A DNA stretch of 64,000 nucleotides, from positions 46,341 to 110,340 of the forward strand of contig JAZQGF010000005.1 in the NCBI GenBank assembly GCA_045539875.1, written 5' to 3'. The translations under genes were made by a program, and so were the position numbers. Under the pieces are notes generated by a model. It was not told where the DNA came from. It did not search any database and saw only the letters and a list, made by a program, of their open reading frames with translations. Shown piece after piece: positions 59,306-64,000 of the stretch. Every line of letters begins with the position of its first letter. Positions within the stretch are counted from its first letter, which is position 1. The stretch comes from Acutalibacteraceae bacterium. GTDB lineage: Bacteria; Bacillota; Clostridia; Oscillospirales; Acutalibacteraceae.

Positions 59306-61378
59306 ATGACTAATAAGCAAAAAATCCCCTTTAATTTTACTTATTTTGCAATGAAACTTTTAGGTAAAAATTTATACTCTACTCCTTGGACTGCAGTATC
59401 CGAAATTGTTGCCAACGGAATAGATGCTGGTGCAAATAATGTATATGTATTAATTGATATGCGCAACAAAGAAAAAGCTGTAGTTGAAATATTTGACGAT
59501 GGAAGCGGTATGTCCTTTGATGACCTGAGCCAGAAATACACACTCATAGGCAGAAACAAAAGATTAGAAAACGATAATAGGAACGGAAAAACTCTTGGAC
59601 GAAAAGGCATCGGTAAGTTGGCTGCGTTATATTTGTCTCCCAAGTATTATCTTTATACCAAAAGCATAGAAGGACAATCATCATGGGTAGTTGATACCCA
59701 AGGGATATTAGATAGTGATATTCCTGCACTTAATGAAACAACTTATGACAGTTCTCTTTTAATTTCTCGAAATCAATGGGAACAATTGACGACTGGCACA
59801 ATGATCCATCTTTCAGATGTGGATTTGCGTAGAATTGGCACGGAACGATTAAAAAGTCTTCCAGCTATGTTGGCAGATTATTATCTCGAAACTATTATTT
59901 CTTCTTCAATTTCTGTTTGTATTATAAACAACAACAATGATGAAATTAAGTTTGAAAAAATCAGAAAAAACATACACTTCGATACCATGTATGGTATATT
60001 TGATAATACTGGTCTTGGCTATAAAGATAAAATACAAGAGAAAGTTTATTTGACCAAGAATTCTGTTGAGCCTGCTATAGACTACGCCAGGCAAACAGTT
60101 AAACTTAACGAAGAGAAGTATCCTTGTACGGGGACACTTCAGATGGCAGATTTAAATGGTGTAATTAGGGAAGTCCCCTATAATATGGTTGGTTGGATAG
60201 GAATTCACTCATCGTTAGACAACGCAATACTTGAAAGAAATTCACCAAGTGCCAAAAGAATCCAAAATCATCCTAATGCATTGCGCTTGTATGTTAGAGG
60301 AAAACTTGCGGTAAATAATTTAATGACATATGTAGCTTCAACCGCTGCCTTTGCTTCTTATATTGAAGGGGAAATCTCGTTTGATATATTGGATGATGAT
60401 ATGTTTGAGGATGCTTCTACTTCAAACAGAGAGGGTTATAGTGTCAGCGATCCAAGAATTAAAAAACTTGTTGAAATTGTAGGGAAAATCATTACTACAT
60501 TGATAATAGAAAGAAACAAAGCAGGTAATATTATCAACGAAGAATTAAAAGCAATAAAGACTGCCAGGGAAGCAGAAACTGAAACTGAACGAAAAAAGAG
60601 AAAAGAAGCAGAAGCAGAAGCCACCCGCGAAAGGAAAAATGCAGAAAAGGCAAGCGAAGAAAAAGAAAAGGCAATAATTGAACGTGACACGGCTATATCA
60701 GAAACTGAAAAAGCACATAAACGTCTCTTTGTATTGGAAAACAATTTTACATCTGAGGGTGAGAACTATAGACACGCTATTCATCTGTCTGTTAATTTTG
60801 CTAAAGAAATAAGAAGTTTAGTTTGTGACTTTGAAGATTTTGATTTAGATGGCTGTGATAATATTATGGAAACCGTTATGGCTATCGACCGCTCAGCAGT
60901 CAAAATTGAGAATCTTCCAAAATTCATTGATTCTGCTACTTTTTCTTTATCCTCACCCACACTAAAAACTGATGTTGTTAAATTAATTAAAGAATACTTA
61001 GAGGCCAAGGGTAACAAACGCCTACAGTATTCATTTGATATTTCTGGCTCAACTATTAAGGAAATTGATTTTCCAGAAATCTTAATGTTCATAGAAAATG
61101 TTATAAGCAATTCGATTAAAGCGACTGCAACATCATTAAGAATTTCAAGTAAAATTGCTAATGGAAAATGTCAAATCGATTTTATTGATAATGGCAGAGG
61201 TTTAGACGAAAAATACTTGGCTAATCCTCAAGCAATATTTGAATTAGGAGAAACCAGTACTCCTGAAGGCTTTGGCATAGGAGCTTTTCACATGAAAGAG
61301 ATTGTCAAAAAATTAGAAGGACAAATTTTTGCTATACCTGCAACTCCTAATGGTTTGATAATAAGGGTGGTAATATAA
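59306..61378 (+). CDS. MORC/MutL-like GHKL ATPase fused to histidine-kinase domain
   Basis: N-terminal EIVANGIDA, DDGSGM, GRKGIGK; coiled coil; candidate His in RHAIH; ENVISNSIKA, DNGRG, IFELG, GFGIG. Confidence 0.85.
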   Translation: MTNKQKIPFNFTYFAMKLLGKNLYSTPWTAVSEIVANGIDAGANNVYVLIDMRNKEKAVVEIFDDGSGMSFDDLSQKYTLIGRNKRLENDNRNGKTLGRKGIGKLAALYLSPKYYLYTKSIEGQSSWVVDTQGILDSDIPALNETTYDSSLLISRNQWEQLTTGTMIHLSDVDLRRIGTERLKSLPAMLADYYLETIISSSISVCIINNNNDEIKFEKIRKNIHFDTMYGIFDNTGLGYKDKIQEKVYLTKNSVEPAIDYARQTVKLNEEKYPCTGTLQMADLNGVIREVPYNMVGWIGIHSSLDNAILERNSPSAKRIQNHPNALRLYVRGKLAVNNLMTYVASTAAFASYIEGEISFDILDDDMFEDASTSNREGYSVSDPRIKKLVEIVGKIITTLIIERNKAGNIINEELKAIKTAREAETETERKKRKEAEAEATRERKNAEKASEEKEKAIIERDTAISETEKAHKRLFVLENNFTSEGENYRHAIHLSVNFAKEIRSLVCDFEDFDLDGCDNIMETVMAIDRSAVKIENLPKFIDSATFSLSSPTLKTDVVKLIKEYLEAKGNKRLQYSFDISGSTIKEIDFPEILMFIENVISNSIKATATSLRISSKIANGKCQIDFIDNGRGLDEKYLANPQAIFELGETSTPEGFGIGAFHMKEIVKKLEGQIFAIPATPNGLIIRVVI

Positions 61379-62367
61379 TGAGTAAATTTCGAATACTGTG
61401 GATTGATGATCAAGAGACAAAATGTAAACGCGATGTGCGAATGGTAAAGCGTATCATTGAATCTTTAGGATACGAAGCGGATATTCAGATAGTAGATGAC
61501 ATTTCTAAAGAAAGTCTCAGTAGTGAAAACGGAACATTAAATAAAGCTATAAAAGCTCGTGATGTTGACTTGTTTGTTATTGATTACAATTTAAAAAATG
61601 ATTTGTTTGGTGGGGATGTTGTTGAAGAAATAAGATGTAATAATGATATGTATACAGACATCGTTTTTTATTCGAGCGTCCAAAGTTCCTTAATTGATGC
61701 GGTAAAAGCCAGCTTTGATTCAGAATCTATCATGGAATATTTTGATGGTGTTTATATCGCTCCTTTAGGAGATGAGTTTATTGAAAAAATAAGAAGCGTT
61801 ATTGTGAAAATAATAAAATCATGGTACAATGTGCACTCAATAAGAGGAATTGTATTATCGAAGTCAAGTAAGTTTGAACAAATGGTTTCTAATGTTATTA
61901 ACACAAAATACGTAGCATGTTTGGACAAGCTAAAAGATGATTTGGACACTAAAGGTGAGAATGTTTGTCGTAGCACAAATGGAAAATGGAAGTCCGTAAA
62001 AGAATCGTCAGATCCTATTCCTCGAATATTAAACGATCCAATACAATTTAATTGGAAAGTAAAAGAATTGATTCTTAAAAGATTATGTGACGAAAACATA
62101 ATTAGTATTTCTTCATGGTCAGATATAAAATATATCTTCAGTTTGAGAAATGATTTTGCTCACAACCCAATGCATTTGAGAGATGGCGTATTGGTACTCG
62201 AAACAACTCGTGGTGAGCAAACATTCGATGAAAAGAAGATTGAGGATATAAAAGATGCGTTAACGCGAATCGAGAATGATTTACAAAATTTAATTAATGA
62301 AAATGATGGAGAAAATATAATTCCGGAAATAACAGAAGAAACAGACGAAGAATTATGCATTGTCTAA
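61378..62367 (+). CDS. Response-regulator receiver domain with C-terminal HEPN-like domain
   Basis: ILWIDD, DLFVIDYNL, FYSS; RNDFAH (R-X4-H). Confidence 0.75.
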   Translation: MSKFRILWIDDQETKCKRDVRMVKRIIESLGYEADIQIVDDISKESLSSENGTLNKAIKARDVDLFVIDYNLKNDLFGGDVVEEIRCNNDMYTDIVFYSSVQSSLIDAVKASFDSESIMEYFDGVYIAPLGDEFIEKIRSVIVKIIKSWYNVHSIRGIVLSKSSKFEQMVSNVINTKYVACLDKLKDDLDTKGENVCRSTNGKWKSVKESSDPIPRILNDPIQFNWKVKELILKRLCDENIISISSWSDIKYIFSLRNDFAHNPMHLRDGVLVLETTRGEQTFDEKKIEDIKDALTRIENDLQNLINENDGENIIPEITEETDEELCIV

Positions 62368-62470
62368 AAACATAATCGAATTTCATTAATAAATCCATTT
62401 GCTATATCGTGTTTTATGATTCCCTTTCTAACTTTTTGTTTTCACATTTTCAGTTTTGAGGACAAACGAA

Positions 62471-62884
62471 ATGACAAAAGAACTCATCCACGACCCGATT
62501 TTGCTTGCAAGGAAATCGGAGAAAGCGACAATTCAAGATTTGCAGGTGGCACAGGATTTGCTGGATACTCTCAACGCTCACAAAGATGGTTGTGTAGGTA
62601 TGGCGGCGAATATGATAGGTGTGCACAAGCGTATTATTGCTTTTGATAACGACGGCACATATATGGTTATGTTTAACCCCGAAATCATAAAGAAATCGGG
62701 ACCCTACGATGCAGAAGAAGGCTGTCTTTCTCTGCTCGACGGTCCCCGAAAGTGTAAGCGCTATCAGACAATAAAAGTGCAGTGGCAGACGGCTGAATTT
62801 CAGACCCGTATCAAGACTTTCACAGGTTTCCCTGCACAAATAATTCAGCATGAGGTTGACCATTGTGACGGAGTATTAATATGA
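62471..62884 (+). CDS. def: Peptide deformylase (short form)
   Basis: GMAANMIG, EGCLS, QHEVDH. Confidence 0.92.
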   Translation: MTKELIHDPILLARKSEKATIQDLQVAQDLLDTLNAHKDGCVGMAANMIGVHKRIIAFDNDGTYMVMFNPEIIKKSGPYDAEEGCLSLLDGPRKCKRYQTIKVQWQTAEFQTRIKTFTGFPAQIIQHEVDHCDGVLI

Positions 62885-64000
62885 CAGCATTACTTATTGT
62901 TATCTACATAGCGTTTGTTTCACTCGGATTTCCCGATTCGCTTTTCGGCGTAACATGGCCAGTTGTTCACCTTGAATTCGGTTTACCCGAAAGCTTCGGC
63001 TCGGTTTACAGCGTTGTTACGGCTGTTTCCACGGGCGGTATTGCATTCATTGCAGGTCCTCTTCTTCGAAAATTCGGTACAGGCAGAGTAACATTTTTCT
63101 CAACGCTTCTCACCGCACTCGGACTTATCGGCATCAGTTTTTCACCGAATATCATTGTGATGATGATTTGCACAATCATTATGGGCTATGGTGCAGGTGC
63201 GATTGACACGGGTCTGAATAACTTCGTTTCGCTTCACTACAAGGCAAAGCATATGAACTGGCTTCATTGCTGCTGGGGTCTCGGGGTTACAATCAGTCCT
63301 ATGATTATGTCCGCATTCCTCGGCGGTGACGGAACGTGGAGTGGCGGTTACCGTGTTGTTGCACTTATTCAGTTTGCGATTGCACTTATCATTCTTGCGA
63401 GCCTGAAAAAATGGAATGTTCAGCCCAAAGCAGTTGCCGAAACCGAATCCGCACAAAAAGAATTGCCCAAGAAGAGCTTTTTAGATTTGCTGAAAGAAAA
63501 AGGAATGGTAACAAGCATTCTTTCGCTCGGACTTTACTGTGCAGGCGAATTCACGATAGGCACATGGGGTGCTACATATGCGGTCAATGTTCTTGCCATT
63601 TCACCCGACGAAGCGGCAAAATGGATTTCACTTTATTTCTGCGGAATTATGGTTGGCAGAATCATTGCAGGTTTTCTTTCCGAAAAGCTTTCGGACAACA
63701 CGCTGATTAAAGGCGGAATGGTAATTGCCGCAGTCGGAATGATAGTTATGCTTCTGCCAATCGGCAAAACAGCACTTGTCGGTTTGCTTTTAATCGGTAT
63801 GGGTTACGGTCCCGTATTTCCGAGCGTGCTTCACAGCGTGCCTGCAAGATTCGGCGCAGAATATTCGGCCGACATCACAGGTTACCATATGAGCGGTGCT
63901 TACGGCGTCGGATTTGTGATTCAGTTTGCTTTCGGATATATTGCATCGGCAACAACCTTTGCAATTATGCCGTTTATGTTACTTGCATTCGGTCTCGGGG
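62881..64000 (+). CDS. MFS transporter (runs off the window end)
   Basis: MTALLIVIYIAFVSLGFPDSLFGVTWP.. open frame with many transmembrane segments. Confidence 0.85.
   Translation, partial: MTALLIVIYIAFVSLGFPDSLFGVTWPVVHLEFGLPESFGSVYSVVTAVSTGGIAFIAGPLLRKFGTGRVTFFSTLLTALGLIGISFSPNIIVMMICTIIMGYGAGAIDTGLNNFVSLHYKAKHMNWLHCCWGLGVTISPMIMSAFLGGDGTWSGGYRVVALIQFAIALIILASLKKWNVQPKAVAETESAQKELPKKSFLDLLKEKGMVTSILSLGLYCAGEFTIGTWGATYAVNVLAISPDEAAKWISLYFCGIMVGRIIAGFLSEKLSDNTLIKGGMVIAAVGMIVMLLPIGKTALVGLLLIGMGYGPVFPSVLHSVPARFGAEYSADITGYHMSGAYGVGFVIQFAFGYIASATTFAIMPFMLLAFGLG

Larger units (their letters stand above)
43981..62400. mobile_element. Integrative mobilizable element / defence island inserted in spoVT (right end not seen, may extend past the window)
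   Basis: Serine recombinase at the left junction, MOBV relaxase, oriT, CHC2 protein and restriction-modification cargo. Confidence 0.8.

Noticed and set aside
60560-60720. GAAGCA/GAAACT-rich stretch as a DNA repeat
   Set aside because: It encodes the Glu/Lys/Ala coiled coil of the kinase.
40116-62400. One large prophage spanning the lysis genes and the recombinase
   Set aside because: The chromosomal spoVT 3' end separates the two units; no capsid or terminase genes are present, and the right unit has a relaxase and oriT.
62367-62470. Right attachment site of the element at the composition shift
   Set aside because: No spoVT 5' sequence or repeat of the left junction was seen, so the boundary remains unresolved.

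Overview
This is a chromosomal segment from a spore-forming Clostridia (Oscillospirales-like) bacterium, inferred from spmAB, spoVT, abrB, glnS and an A/V-type ATPase operon. Positions 1-40 kb are mostly core genes: a T-box-controlled aspS-gatA-gatB operon, an MFS transporter with a GH31 hydrolase, luxS, AlaX, a V-ATPase operon, a Ca2+ P-type ATPase, abrB, spmAB, glnS/gltX and rpsO-pnp. Positions 40.1-43.5 kb hold a minimal phage-derived lysis cassette with an XRE/ImmA switch. From about 44.0 kb there is an integrative mobilizable element (large serine recombinase, MOBV relaxase and oriT) inserted inside spoVT. It carries a defence island: helicase-HNH, HNH, a Vsr-methyltransferase fusion, an HpaII-like endonuclease, a second methyltransferase, a GHKL-histidine kinase and a receiver-HEPN-like protein. 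Four observations stand out. (1) AspRS is fused to GatC and sits beside a GatA lacking all three catalytic residues, suggesting a covalently tethered, ammonia-dependent Asn-transamidosome. (2) The recombinase reads in frame into the SpoVT C-terminal domain. (3) A methyltransferase-linked phosphorelay ends in a putative HEPN RNase. (4) There is a family of intergenic elements with 7-bp-periodic inverted arms. All calls come from reading motifs by eye; no searches were run.
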